In this document: in pieces, positions 7,824 to 16,647 of the stretch
Layout: each line of letters begins with the position of its first letter
Numbering within the stretch: the first letter of the stretch is position 1
Source of the DNA: Oligoflexia bacterium
Lineage (GTDB): Bacteria; Bdellovibrionota; UBA1018
Length of the DNA: 26,359 bases
Direction: 5' to 3'
NCBI GenBank assembly: GCA_043732485.1
Contig: JAYTHP010000195.1
Span: forward strand, 1-26,359
The notes under the pieces: generated by a model
Seen by the model: only the letters and a program-made list of their open reading frames with translations
Databases searched by the model: none
What the model was told of the DNA's origin: nothing
Translations under genes and position numbers: made by a program

Positions 7824-9034
7824 GATTTGCCGTCCTCAGGCATGGCTTGCAGTGGCAGGGTAGGAGGAGGGCGCTCCTCGAGCGGGTGAGCGGCAGCGGG
7901 GTTGAGGGCGGGAGGCATAGCGGACGGCATCGATGAAGGCAAGGGAGAGGCGGAGGCGGCAGCCTGTAAGACGGCAGCCGTCTGGCTTTGCGCTCCTTGT
8001 TGCCTCAGCCACGCTCCGGCTGGTGATTGGGGGTAAAAAAGAGTTAACTGCTCAGCGTGCTCGCGGGCTTCCTCCGTGAGCCCGAGTGCGCGCTCAGCCA
8101 GGATGAGATCCTTGAGGGTGAGACTGGCGGCGTGCGAGCGAGGGTAACGCTCTAGTCCTTGTTGCAGTTCGCGAATCGCTAGCCGGTATTCTTTGAGATG
8201 GAGATAGCCATCACCTAAGTAAAACTGGGCACTGCCTGCAAGCGTATGATCGGGATACTTCTCAACAAAGGCTGCGAACTCCAGCATGGCTTCTGGAGTT
8301 TTTTCCCCGCGGTACAGCAGCATCGCCTGCCTGAAATGCTGCACGGCTGCGTCGTCGATAAAGCCGCCGGGCTCCAGTCTGGCTGGCTCCTTGGCGTGCC
8401 CTAGGAAGGCGCCAGAAGACGAGGCACGGCTGTGTTCAGAGCCGCCCCCTCCCAATTTTTTCATTCCGCCTGCCATGATCCCGCCACTGGCGCCACCCCA
8501 GCGGGCCATGCTACTTTCTGATTCCTCCTCAGGCTTAAGCCGGGCGCTGGGGGTGTCTAGGTCTTCGCCTTCTAAGGTGGTTTGCAAGGAGCGCACCTGG
8601 GAGCTTAGGTGGGTGAGCTGTTTTTCGACGGTGTTGAGGGCCAAGAACATCTCAGAGAGCATCGTGCTTAAGGCCTCAGGCTGATTCAAGCTGTTCCAGT
8701 CGGTGGCCTTCTTGATCAGCGTTTTTTCTTCTTCTGGGCTGAGCTTCACGGGCAAGCGGGGAGCGCCGCCACTGCTCACGGCTGGCATTTTTTCTGATTC
8801 CGGCCACACCGTAGCGGAAGGTTCTCCTGAGGGAAAAAAAGACAGCGGTAGGGGTGAGGGTAGCTCACCACTCGGGTTTTTTTTGGGGTGAGTGCTGCAG
8901 GCGGCAAGCCAAAGCGCCACAAGCGTGAGGGCGTAAACGTGGCTGCCAAAGGAGGGGGACGTAGACTTTGTGTTTGTGCTTTGGCTCGTGATGCGGCCTA
9001 CGACGGGGTTAGAGATTTTTCCTAATAATTTCAT
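7820..9034 (-). CDS. CpoB/YbgF-like TPR lipoprotein
   Basis: Lipobox LAAC, a coiled coil, and TPR motifs FVEKYPDHTLAGSAQFYLG and LERYPRS. Start placed at ATG 9034 (GAAGG SD; predicted promoter at 9195-9223) rather than 9277. Confidence 0.8.
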   Translation of the reverse strand: MKLLGKISNPVVGRITSQSTNTKSTSPSFGSHVYALTLVALWLAACSTHPKKNPSGELPSPLPLSFFPSGEPSATVWPESEKMPAVSSGGAPRLPVKLSPEEEKTLIKKATDWNSLNQPEALSTMLSEMFLALNTVEKQLTHLSSQVRSLQTTLEGEDLDTPSARLKPEEESESSMARWGGASGGIMAGGMKKLGGGGSEHSRASSSGAFLGHAKEPARLEPGGFIDDAAVQHFRQAMLLYRGEKTPEAMLEFAAFVEKYPDHTLAGSAQFYLGDGYLHLKEYRLAIRELQQGLERYPRSHAASLTLKDLILAERALGLTEEAREHAEQLTLFYPQSPAGAWLRQQGAQSQTAAVLQAAASASPLPSSMPSAMPPALNPAAAHPLEERPPPTLPLQAMPEDGKS

Positions 9035-9194
9035 GCCTTCACCTTCAAACTTTTTTTTCGATCTTTTGTGAGGCAGGGGGGTGCCTGGATCCCCCACGCA
9101 AGGGTGCGTTTCTTGACTTTGGAGCAAAACAAGGGTGGGAACGGCTACGGCTTGCGGGGTCCGCCTAAGTCCCCCTTGAACTCCCCTCCCTTCC

Positions 9195-9223
9195 ATGATA
9201 GTGGGAGTTTGGCAATTGGGCAA
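9195..9223 (-). promoter_or_regulatory. sigma70-like promoter for the TPR/TsaP-like operon
   Basis: Minus strand reads TTGCCC-N17-TATCAT. Confidence 0.5.
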
Positions 9224-9370
9224 GATTTCTTCTTGGCGGCTTTTTTCGCTGCGTCCCCGCAAGTGACCCCCCACCAAAAGCTGGCACTGGCAATCGGTCA
9301 GCGGGAGGAGGTGGGGGGAGAGCCAAGTGAGTGGGTGTGAAGCGTGTTTTAAAAAACGAGGGAGGGTGCG

Positions 9371-9676
9371 ATGAGCAACTTAAAAACCGGCTTTTTTTCT
9401 GAGCGCAAGGTGATCCGCGTGAAAAAGCAAGACGCCGCTTTCGTTTACTTTATTCTCGAGTCGCAAGAGGGCTTAACGAGTTATTCCACCCTCCCGCAGG
9501 CAAGCGTTCACGACCTGGACCGCCTACTTGAGCTGCGGATTTCTCCTGATTTCCTGGGCGAAATGCAAGAAGTCTTACTCGATTTGAGTCCGTGGGTGGA
9601 GGTGGTACGACAACCAAAGGCGGCCTTTTTCGGGGAAATACCAGACCTTGCCGCCGGCAAGCAAGCTAAAGAATAA
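9371..9676 (+). CDS. DUF4911-like small protein
   Basis: The pattern VKKQDAAFVYFILESQEGLTSYSTL recalls DUF4911. GGAGG SD upstream. Confidence 0.7.
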   Translation: MSNLKTGFFSERKVIRVKKQDAAFVYFILESQEGLTSYSTLPQASVHDLDRLLELRISPDFLGEMQEVLLDLSPWVEVVRQPKAAFFGEIPDLAAGKQAKE

Positions 9677-9717
9677 CACGGCAATCACCCAGTGCAGCAG
9701 GTTTTTACAAAAAGCCT

Positions 9718-10824
9718 CTAAGTCCACCGGGCGTGCTCTTGGTGAGAAGGAAAAAAGTCAACGTTTTGTGGGCCGCAGCTTGGATGCCGCTGCGTGGAGG
9801 CGGATTCCTCGCTCGAGAGATCGAGCTGGTCGATTGTGCCTAGATAAATACCGTAGCCCAGCAGCCCAATGATCGAGGGGGCAAACCAGATCATCAGTGG
9901 CTTTAACGCGCGCGTAGAGAGCAGTGCTAGTTCTTGCTCGATGTGGGCCGCCAGACTTTGGCGCAAGGATTGCAAAACCATGTCGATGCGACTCAGGCAG
10001 GGGTGACCTTCCATCAAGCTGATTTGAATCGCTTTTTTTAAGGCTGCGCCGGTTTTTAAGATGGCGTGTTGCGCCGTTTCCTGCCTGGAGGCAGCCAGGC
10101 GGCTATCATCGGCTTGCCACAGGGTCAAGCCCCAAGCCAGCGCCAAGTCTGGACAGATTTGCTTGAGGCTTTCCATACTTTGAAACCAGGCTAAATCAGG
10201 CGGCGAACCGGTGCGAACCAGTGCCAGCAGCCGTTCTCCTGCGCATTGCGAAGCCATCATCCAGAGGCGGCGGTGGTGGGGTAAGCCTGCCCACCTGGCG
10301 TTTTGCGTCATTTGTAGCAGCCAAAGACTGCCAATACTTGAGGTCCCCAGCGCACCCAGGCAGGCTCTACCCCAGGCCGCTTGCTGGTCGGCCAGTTCCG
10401 GCAAAATGACCAACAGTGCGGCCCCTAGGATCGGGATCAGCGCCAAAAAAAACGAGGCCTGGAAGACGGCCTGTGAGGACTTGGCGCGGGCTTGCTGTAA
10501 GGCGACTTGCTGTTCGCGGGTAAAATTTCGTAGCCGGAGCAGCGTAGGGGTTAAGGCCGCTCCCTGGTTGCGTAATTCCATCAAGCTGCAATAAATCAGG
10601 GTCTTCCAGGGTTCCGGCAAGGCTTGCAGTTGCTGCCACAGGGCGTCGGGAATGGTGGCGCCACTGATGAGCTGATTTTCAATTTCAATCAGCAGCGTCT
10701 CGATGCGAGCGAGCAGCTGGATGGGTTGGCGCTCAGCGAGGGTTTTTTGCAAAATGCGCAGCGTTGGCCAAAAGCAATGGCAAGCCAAGAAGAGGCAAAA
10801 AAAGCTTAAAATCCACAAGATCAT
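9718..10824 (-). CDS. Tad/T2SS-F family inner-membrane platform protein (TadB/TadC-like)
   Basis: N-terminal TM; ELRNQGAALTPTLLRLR...ARAKSSQA followed by a TM (T2SSF pattern); a second repeat (LVRTGSPPDLAW...SLMEGHPCLSRI...RALKPL + TM); Tad gene context. Confidence 0.75.
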   Translation of the reverse strand: MILWILSFFCLFLACHCFWPTLRILQKTLAERQPIQLLARIETLLIEIENQLISGATIPDALWQQLQALPEPWKTLIYCSLMELRNQGAALTPTLLRLRNFTREQQVALQQARAKSSQAVFQASFFLALIPILGAALLVILPELADQQAAWGRACLGALGTSSIGSLWLLQMTQNARWAGLPHHRRLWMMASQCAGERLLALVRTGSPPDLAWFQSMESLKQICPDLALAWGLTLWQADDSRLAASRQETAQHAILKTGAALKKAIQISLMEGHPCLSRIDMVLQSLRQSLAAHIEQELALLSTRALKPLMIWFAPSIIGLLGYGIYLGTIDQLDLSSEESASTQRHPSCGPQNVDFFPSHQEHARWT

Positions 10825-10876
10825 AAAGAATTATTGTTAAAAATCAATAGTTTAAGAGTTAAAGGTGACTTGCCAG

Positions 10877-11974
10877 TCAGAGCACCGCACTGACGTAAGG
10901 ATTAGGATTGCGATCGACCTGCTCAAAGTAAGCGTTACCGTTGGCATAGACGGTGGTTTCTAGTTTGCCTGAGCGATAAATGTAGAGTGTCAGGTCGGCA
11001 AGTGCCGTGCTGGCACAATAGAGTAACGAGCCATCGGTATCTTCCAGCGTCAGCCCGGCAAAATCGCGGTGTTCGGCTTGGACGGTGCCGCGAAAAGAGA
11101 GTTCTTTGCGGTCGACCTTAAATTCCCAAGAATTTAAGGTCGTGGTCGATTGTAAGGAGAAATGGTCGCGCAAGTGATTAAAAAAGTAATGTTGTCCTTG
11201 GTAGAAGAAATAAAAAGCCGAAAACGCCGGCAGCCTGAGCGGACCGAGTCGACTTTTTAGTCTAAGTGCGTCAAAGATGAACGGCACGCGTTGCTGCTGC
11301 TGACCACCACCGGGTGCGTCATAAAAGCAATTGCAGTGGCTAGCCACCCAAGAATGGCTGGCGCGGGCTCCCGCAAAATCACTCTGGCTGCCTGGCGCCT
11401 TGCTCCACTGGAGCGTCTGATCGTCGAGCTGGGTGGTGCCTGTGGCTTGCAGCTCCTCGCACAAGGTGCGAGCCGAGTGGCGCACCGCCTGGAAACGGCT
11501 CAAAATCTCAGGAATGCAATTAAAGCTCTCAGGCTGGGTCGGTGCAAAGTGCAAGTTCCAGCTGAAGCGATGGTTTTTTGATTGAATCACGCCTGCGCTG
11601 TGGCTTTGCGTCAGTTGGCACTCACCGATGGTCAAGTCGCTTGCGGAGCTGGAAGCCGTGAGCCTAGGCAGCGGCAACGCTCCCGGGCTTAAGGGGGTGG
11701 TTTGCTTGAGCGCCGTTTTTTTCATCCGTCGCTCGCCATCACGCTCGTAGAAAATGGCAGCCACCTCAGCGAGCCTCCGAAAACCATTGGTGCTCGTCAG
11801 CAAGGTGAAGCGTAACCACAGGGCTTGCTGTTTCTTTGGTTCTAAAATGCGTAGGGTGCGGTAACGAAAAAACGGGCGACCGCGGGGCTCGAAAGCTTGA
11901 AGCCCGGGGCGAGCATTGAGAGGCGAGGCGTGAGTTGCGGCGGTGTAGGATCGTGGTGGAGTTTTTTGCGTCAT
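10877..11974 (-). CDS. hypothetical beta-rich protein, tocopherol-cyclase/CrtC-like fold suspected
   Basis: ALWLRFTLL, FSWNLHF and GSQSDFAG..ASHSWVASHCNCF resemble tocopherol-cyclase-like bacterial proteins. ATG 11974 chosen as start. Confidence 0.5.
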   Translation of the reverse strand: MTQKTPPRSYTAATHASPLNARPGLQAFEPRGRPFFRYRTLRILEPKKQQALWLRFTLLTSTNGFRRLAEVAAIFYERDGERRMKKTALKQTTPLSPGALPLPRLTASSSASDLTIGECQLTQSHSAGVIQSKNHRFSWNLHFAPTQPESFNCIPEILSRFQAVRHSARTLCEELQATGTTQLDDQTLQWSKAPGSQSDFAGARASHSWVASHCNCFYDAPGGGQQQQRVPFIFDALRLKSRLGPLRLPAFSAFYFFYQGQHYFFNHLRDHFSLQSTTTLNSWEFKVDRKELSFRGTVQAEHRDFAGLTLEDTDGSLLYCASTALADLTLYIYRSGKLETTVYANGNAYFEQVDRNPNPYVSAVL

Positions 11975-12210
11975 AAGGGAAAAGAGTAGCAGTGACAAAA
12001 AGCAGTGACAACGAGTGGTGAAAAAGACCCAAACGAAAGCGGCTGCGCGCACTTGCACAACGCGCTCCTCTCCGCCAAGCCTCCCGGGGCTAAACGACAC
12101 AGGTACTGGGAGGGGGGGCGCTTAAGAAAACGGGTTTGTAATCAATGACTTCACGTTGCGCCTGGTGAGTGGACAGCTATCATGATGGCGGCTGCAAGGC
12201 AAGCGGGATC

Positions 12211-13368
12211 TTACCCAGGGGCTGAGGGGAGCGTGCTTGAAAGTGGGATGGAGCGCAGTAGGATGTTGTCACCTTCCCGACCTTCCACCCGGCTGATCTC
12301 ACTGATCACCCGCTTGCCATGGTGCCGTTGCAGCTGGACCACCCACTGCAGACCGTGACTGAGGAGGTCTTTTAAGGCGCTAAGCGGTAGATGCCCTTGG
12401 CTGGAGAGTAAGCACAGCAGTTCCAGACGTCTTAAGGCATCGCGCGGGGAGTTGGCGTGCAAGGTGGTCAGGGTGCCGCGGTGTCCGGTATTGAGGGCTT
12501 GCAGTAGATCGAGGACTTCCTCGCCGCGGCACTCGCCTAAGATGATGCGATCGGGTCGCATGCGTAGGGTTTGTTTTAAGAGCGTTCTGAGAGTGATTTC
12601 ACCAAAGCCATCGGCGTTAGGGGGTCTGCTGATTAGTTTGAGAAAGTGGGGATGCTGGGGGAAGAGCTCTGAGGTGTCTTCCAGCGCAATGATCCGCTCG
12701 AGCGGTGAGAGGGAGCTGATCAGTTCGGCAATGAAGGTGGTTTTGCCGCTGCCGGTGGCGCCTGAGATGAGAATCGAGTCACCGTTTTGTGCGGCTTGTG
12801 CGAGCTGCCCGAAGGCCGGGTGTTGTTTCCAGTAACTGAGTTTTTGGTGCATGCCTAGCCGTCGCAGGGAAATTAAAATCCCTTGCGGTGAGAGAGGGGG
12901 AAAAGAGACGTGCACGCGGTGACCTGAGACTAAGGTGGCATCGACGAAGGGGTGTTGGGCATCCCAGGTTTTCCCCACGAGTGAGAGTTGGCTCAGGATC
13001 CATTGCAGCAAATCGCTTTCGTTTTTCCAAGGCAGGGCGTCAGTGGGCAGGGCTTGAAAGCCCTGGCCTGCGTCCCAGTAAAGCGCCGTGACTCCGTTTA
13101 AGCAAATATCGGTGATCCCAGGATGGGAGAGGAGCTGCTCGAGCACGGGCGCCGCGCCGGGGGTGGTCAGCGGAAAGGCCACAGGAGAGGGAGAAGGCGA
13201 AGGAAGGTCCTGCTCAGAGAGCAGCTCATAGCCAGTAGGCGGTGAGCCACCGCCACCGCTTGCGTCGTCGTTATCGTCGTCGTCGTCGTTGTCGCCGTCG
13301 TCGCCGTCGGGTAAGGTGTTGGCGGTTTTGCGGGGTGAGTTAAAAAAGTTTAAGGAAAAGCGTTCCAT
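12211..13368 (-). CDS. cpaF: Tad pilus assembly ATPase CpaF/TadA
   Basis: ITDICLNG, Walker A GATGSGKTT, Asp box LEDTSEL, LRMRPDRIILGECRG, and His box NTGHRG-TLHANS. Confidence 0.93.
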   Translation of the reverse strand: MERFSLNFFNSPRKTANTLPDGDDGDNDDDDDNDDASGGGGSPPTGYELLSEQDLPSPSPSPVAFPLTTPGAAPVLEQLLSHPGITDICLNGVTALYWDAGQGFQALPTDALPWKNESDLLQWILSQLSLVGKTWDAQHPFVDATLVSGHRVHVSFPPLSPQGILISLRRLGMHQKLSYWKQHPAFGQLAQAAQNGDSILISGATGSGKTTFIAELISSLSPLERIIALEDTSELFPQHPHFLKLISRPPNADGFGEITLRTLLKQTLRMRPDRIILGECRGEEVLDLLQALNTGHRGTLTTLHANSPRDALRRLELLCLLSSQGHLPLSALKDLLSHGLQWVVQLQRHHGKRVISEISRVEGREGDNILLRSIPLSSTLPSAPG

Positions 13369-15068
13369 GGGTATTCGTCCGAGTTTTTGAGGCGGCTTTC
13401 TTCTGTGAGATCCAGCCAGTTACGGGGTGGAGGCAGGGGGCCTTTGGGGAGGATGGGGATGAAGGAGGCGAGACTGGGCGGTGACTTTGGGAGGGTGAGG
13501 GGGTAAAGAATGGCGACCAGCTCGGAGCGGGCATTGAGGTAGTCTTCTGAGCCAAATAAGCTGCCTAAGACCGGTAGGTGACGCAAAAACGGCAAACCCT
13601 TGGCCTGTTCCCGCAAATCTTGCTGGAGCAGGCCTGACAAGAGCAGTGGTACCCCCAAAGAGGCGTCGACTTGGGTGTTGAGGCAGTTTTTTTGGATGCC
13701 AGGGATTTCATTTTGCGACAAGGAGGGATCGAGATGGCTGACTTCGGCAAAAACCTCTAAGCGAATACGATCGCCAATCGAATGCAAGATCTTGAGTTTG
13801 AGGGTGAGGCCAAATTTCTTCCATGTGACGTTGGAGTAGAGCCGATTGGACAGTTGAATGGGGATCTCACCCCCTGCAAATAGCTCTGCGGTGCCTGGCG
13901 CGCGCACGGCTAGTTCCGGGTTCGAAAGCACCCGGGCATGTCCGTGCCCCTCTAGCTCGGAAATGGCCAAGTCTAAATTAATCGGCTGATTAAAAAGTGG
14001 ACCGCCGAGCTGGAGGGGGAGGGCGGTAAGTTTCGACCACTGGATGCCCAGCGAGGAGAATTGTTTTTTTTTCAGCTCGAGTAAGAAAACTTTAAAGATC
14101 AGGGTTGGGGCTTGATCCGGCAGGGTATCGAGCTCAAACAACAGTAGGGGGTAGAGCCCGCGCAGTTGGGTTTTGAGGGAGTCGAGATTTTTCGGGTTAT
14201 CAACCACGCCGCGCACCCACAGGGTTTGCCCGAGTCGCTCAAGTTTGAGCTTTTCTAGCTGATTTTTCTTCAGAAATTGGGCCAGGGCGGTTTGCCCTTT
14301 TTGCAAAAAGCGCTCAGACGGGGTGGTTTCATTATGGACTTGCTCGGGAAAAGCCTGAACGAGGGCTGCAATGCGCGCCGCCTCGCCTGGCTGATCCACC
14401 GGACCGCGTAAAATCACCCCCGGGCCAGTAAGAATGATTTCCGTGGCCTGCAGCAGGCCCAAGGCATGCTGCAACTCCGAGTTTTTCTCCTGGGGGAGCG
14501 GGCTGGTTTTTTCCACTTGGAGAGTCCGATTTTCAACCGTGCCGTCTTTTTTCCAGACCCAAAGGTCGGTGCGGCCAGCACTGACGCCTTTGAGGAGGAG
14601 ATAGTCGCTGGCTTTGCCATGAAAGGAGCCTGCCGGTAAGGGCAGGGCGCGAACCGCCGGGCCTCCCAGTGAGAACTTGGCTAGGCCTGTGAATTGAAAA
14701 AGCCGTTGCTCGCCTTCACCGAGGAAAAGCGGCGGCTTTTGCAGCAGTTGCAGGTCGTCGTCGTGCTCGTCGACCTGCTGGTCGAGAGACCCCGCGTGGG
14801 AAGCCGCTTGCAGCAGCTGCACCGCCTGTGCGAGGCGAGGCTCGCTAGGGTGTGAGGAGGAGGTCGGGGTTGCAGGAAACGGAGGGGAAGCCTGCGCGGG
14901 GGTGGCAGCTGACAGCTGAAACAGTAGCAGCGCGACTACCGCGGTGAGGGCGGTGACTGTGTTGAGAAGATAAGCCATAGGCCTTGCTCGCCAGAGCTGG
15001 TGCTGACGATGGACGGCAACGGGTGGAGAGGCCCCAGGCAAAGGGGGGAAGAGTGCAAGAGGCGTCAT
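13350..15068 (-). CDS. cpaC: Tad-type secretin (CpaC/RcpA-like) with N-terminal pilus-assembly and BON-like regions
   Basis: LLLKGVSAGRTDLWVW (N-domain), ARVLSNPEL, AELFAGGEIPI, FGLTLK, KGLPFLRHLPVLGSLFGS and SELVAILYP. The start may be ATG 14978, which begins a signal peptide. Confidence 0.88.
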   Translation of the reverse strand: MTPLALFPPLPGASPPVAVHRQHQLWRARPMAYLLNTVTALTAVVALLLFQLSAATPAQASPPFPATPTSSSHPSEPRLAQAVQLLQAASHAGSLDQQVDEHDDDLQLLQKPPLFLGEGEQRLFQFTGLAKFSLGGPAVRALPLPAGSFHGKASDYLLLKGVSAGRTDLWVWKKDGTVENRTLQVEKTSPLPQEKNSELQHALGLLQATEIILTGPGVILRGPVDQPGEAARIAALVQAFPEQVHNETTPSERFLQKGQTALAQFLKKNQLEKLKLERLGQTLWVRGVVDNPKNLDSLKTQLRGLYPLLLFELDTLPDQAPTLIFKVFLLELKKKQFSSLGIQWSKLTALPLQLGGPLFNQPINLDLAISELEGHGHARVLSNPELAVRAPGTAELFAGGEIPIQLSNRLYSNVTWKKFGLTLKLKILHSIGDRIRLEVFAEVSHLDPSLSQNEIPGIQKNCLNTQVDASLGVPLLLSGLLQQDLREQAKGLPFLRHLPVLGSLFGSEDYLNARSELVAILYPLTLPKSPPSLASFIPILPKGPLPPPRNWLDLTEESRLKNSDEYPWNAFP

Positions 15069-15082
15069 GGGTCAATCCTAGT

Positions 15083-15098
15083 AGCAAGATTGAGGCCA
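15083..15098 (-). promoter_or_regulatory. sigma54 (-24/-12) promoter upstream of the secretin
   Basis: Minus strand reads TGGCCT-CAATC-TTGCT (GG-N10-GC), followed by ACT as in the dprA site. Confidence 0.6.
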
Positions 15099-16076
15099 GG
15101 TGGCAAGCCGGGGGACTCTTTGGGGGGGGAGCATTTGGGCTAGCGGAAGGTTTTCTTCCAGTTCATCTTGCGGCGCCAGGCTTGGTAGGAGTGCCGTAAT
15201 CGCGAGCCAAAAAATAGTAGAAAATAATAGAAAATTGCAGCTAAAAAAAGTTTGCCTGCAATCTGATCACGACTGAAAAATGCGCTCAGCACTTGGGATG
15301 GCAGAAATTATGGCTAAGTACTTCAATTTAATTGGGATTACGAAGTCATTCTTAATCAGATCCTCTAGCTTTAAGGTGGCTGCAGCGAGAAAGAGTGTGG
15401 AAACGAGCAAGTCCATGCCTGAGACGGGGTGGTGGAGAGCGTGAGTGACAAGACCATCGTCAGCCGTAGTTTGCTCAAGACGTAGCAATTGGTTTTAAAC
15501 TCACCCCAGAGTAGGAAATGAGCGTGACTAGAACGCGGTATTGAGAGGCCAAGTAAAAAAACAATCCCACGGGATGGAGAGTAGCAGGCAGGAGGCAAAA
15601 AGGGCACAGGCGCCACAGCTCCTCTGCCATCACCCGCTTGGGCTTGCGGTTTGCAGCTGACGAGCACAAGGCCTGAGATTTGCAGCTAGACGACGTCAAT
15701 CTACAACTCAAAGAGGCGGTAGCGGAGAAATTTTTTTCGCTAAAAAAAGCAGCCACTGCGGGTCAGGATCGCAGGAGTAGACGGGGCCGGGTTCAGCGGC
15801 GGTCTGATCCTGGTCCGGCTCGCGCGCAGTCTGAGGAGGGTTGTTGTGAGGGGGGGGGTCCATGAGTCAATTTTCTGACTAAGTTTATAAAAGCATTTCT
15901 AAGGTTTAGGGTTCCAATGATTCTGGTAGTTGCGATACAAGGAGACAGCTCTCGCCCCACGCCCCCCACCACCTCTTCTCTTGCTCTCGTGTTCCGACTT
16001 GAGGCGGTGGGGGATCGTTGTGGGGGTTTGTGCTCCTGAGCCTTTTTCTCTAGGGATTTTCTCCGAAGGGTTGAAG

Positions 16077-16102
16077 GGTTCTAAGGTTCTAAGGTTCTAA
16101 GG
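16077..16102. repeat. 8-bp tandem repeat GGTTCTAA x3
   Basis: ggttctaaggttctaaggttctaagg. Confidence 0.85.
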
Positions 16103-16614
16103 ATACTCATGACTCTCAGCCCAAAGTTCACTCTCTGAGGTATCAGTCCTTAGCAGGCCCTTAATAAGGGGGTGTTGGTGGGCTTGGCCGCCCTAGGTTT
16201 TGCCCGCGCTCTCATGGTGGCAAGCTCATGCTGAAGTCCTCACCGCTTGTGAACTCACGGGGTGATAGCCGCTTCAGTGAGCTCTGTTGAGTCGGCGCGG
16301 ATAACCTGGACGCTTGTCGGCATTCGGGCAGGCCGCTGAGCGGCTGGTACTTTTGCACGGGTCTGGCGTGCAGAGGTTGGGCCCGAGTGTGAGTGGCCGT
16401 CCAGAGCTCACTGGGCCGTTCACTGGGATGCACGCGCTCAGGGTCACTGACGCGGCGCTTGTTCTTGAGCTTTTTATAAGAAAGCGGAAACAGCGGCGCC
16501 AGGGGCGGGGCTCCTCCTGGCTGAAGGATTTGGGGGAGGGTGCGCAATCGACTGGAGATGAAGTCTTGATGAGATGAATGCAACATAAAAGAGATCCTTT
16601 CTTGATCAGTTCGC

Positions 16615-16647
16615 AAAGGTCACGCATTCTTTGAGTGACCTTTTTTT
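16615..16647 (+). terminator. intrinsic terminator-like hairpin
   Basis: AAAGGTCAC(11 nt)GTGACCTTT, ending in a 7-T run. Confidence 0.6.

Noticed and set aside
9035..9277. N-terminal 81 aa of the 485-aa ORF call
   Set aside because: It overlaps the predicted promoter, and the lipoprotein signal fits ATG 9034 better.
15940..16140. Glycine-riboswitch-like words (GGAGAC, CCGAAGG, ACTCTCAG)
   Set aside because: Spacing and pairing do not fit the aptamer, the CUCUCAGG motif is imperfect, and no glycine-related gene follows.
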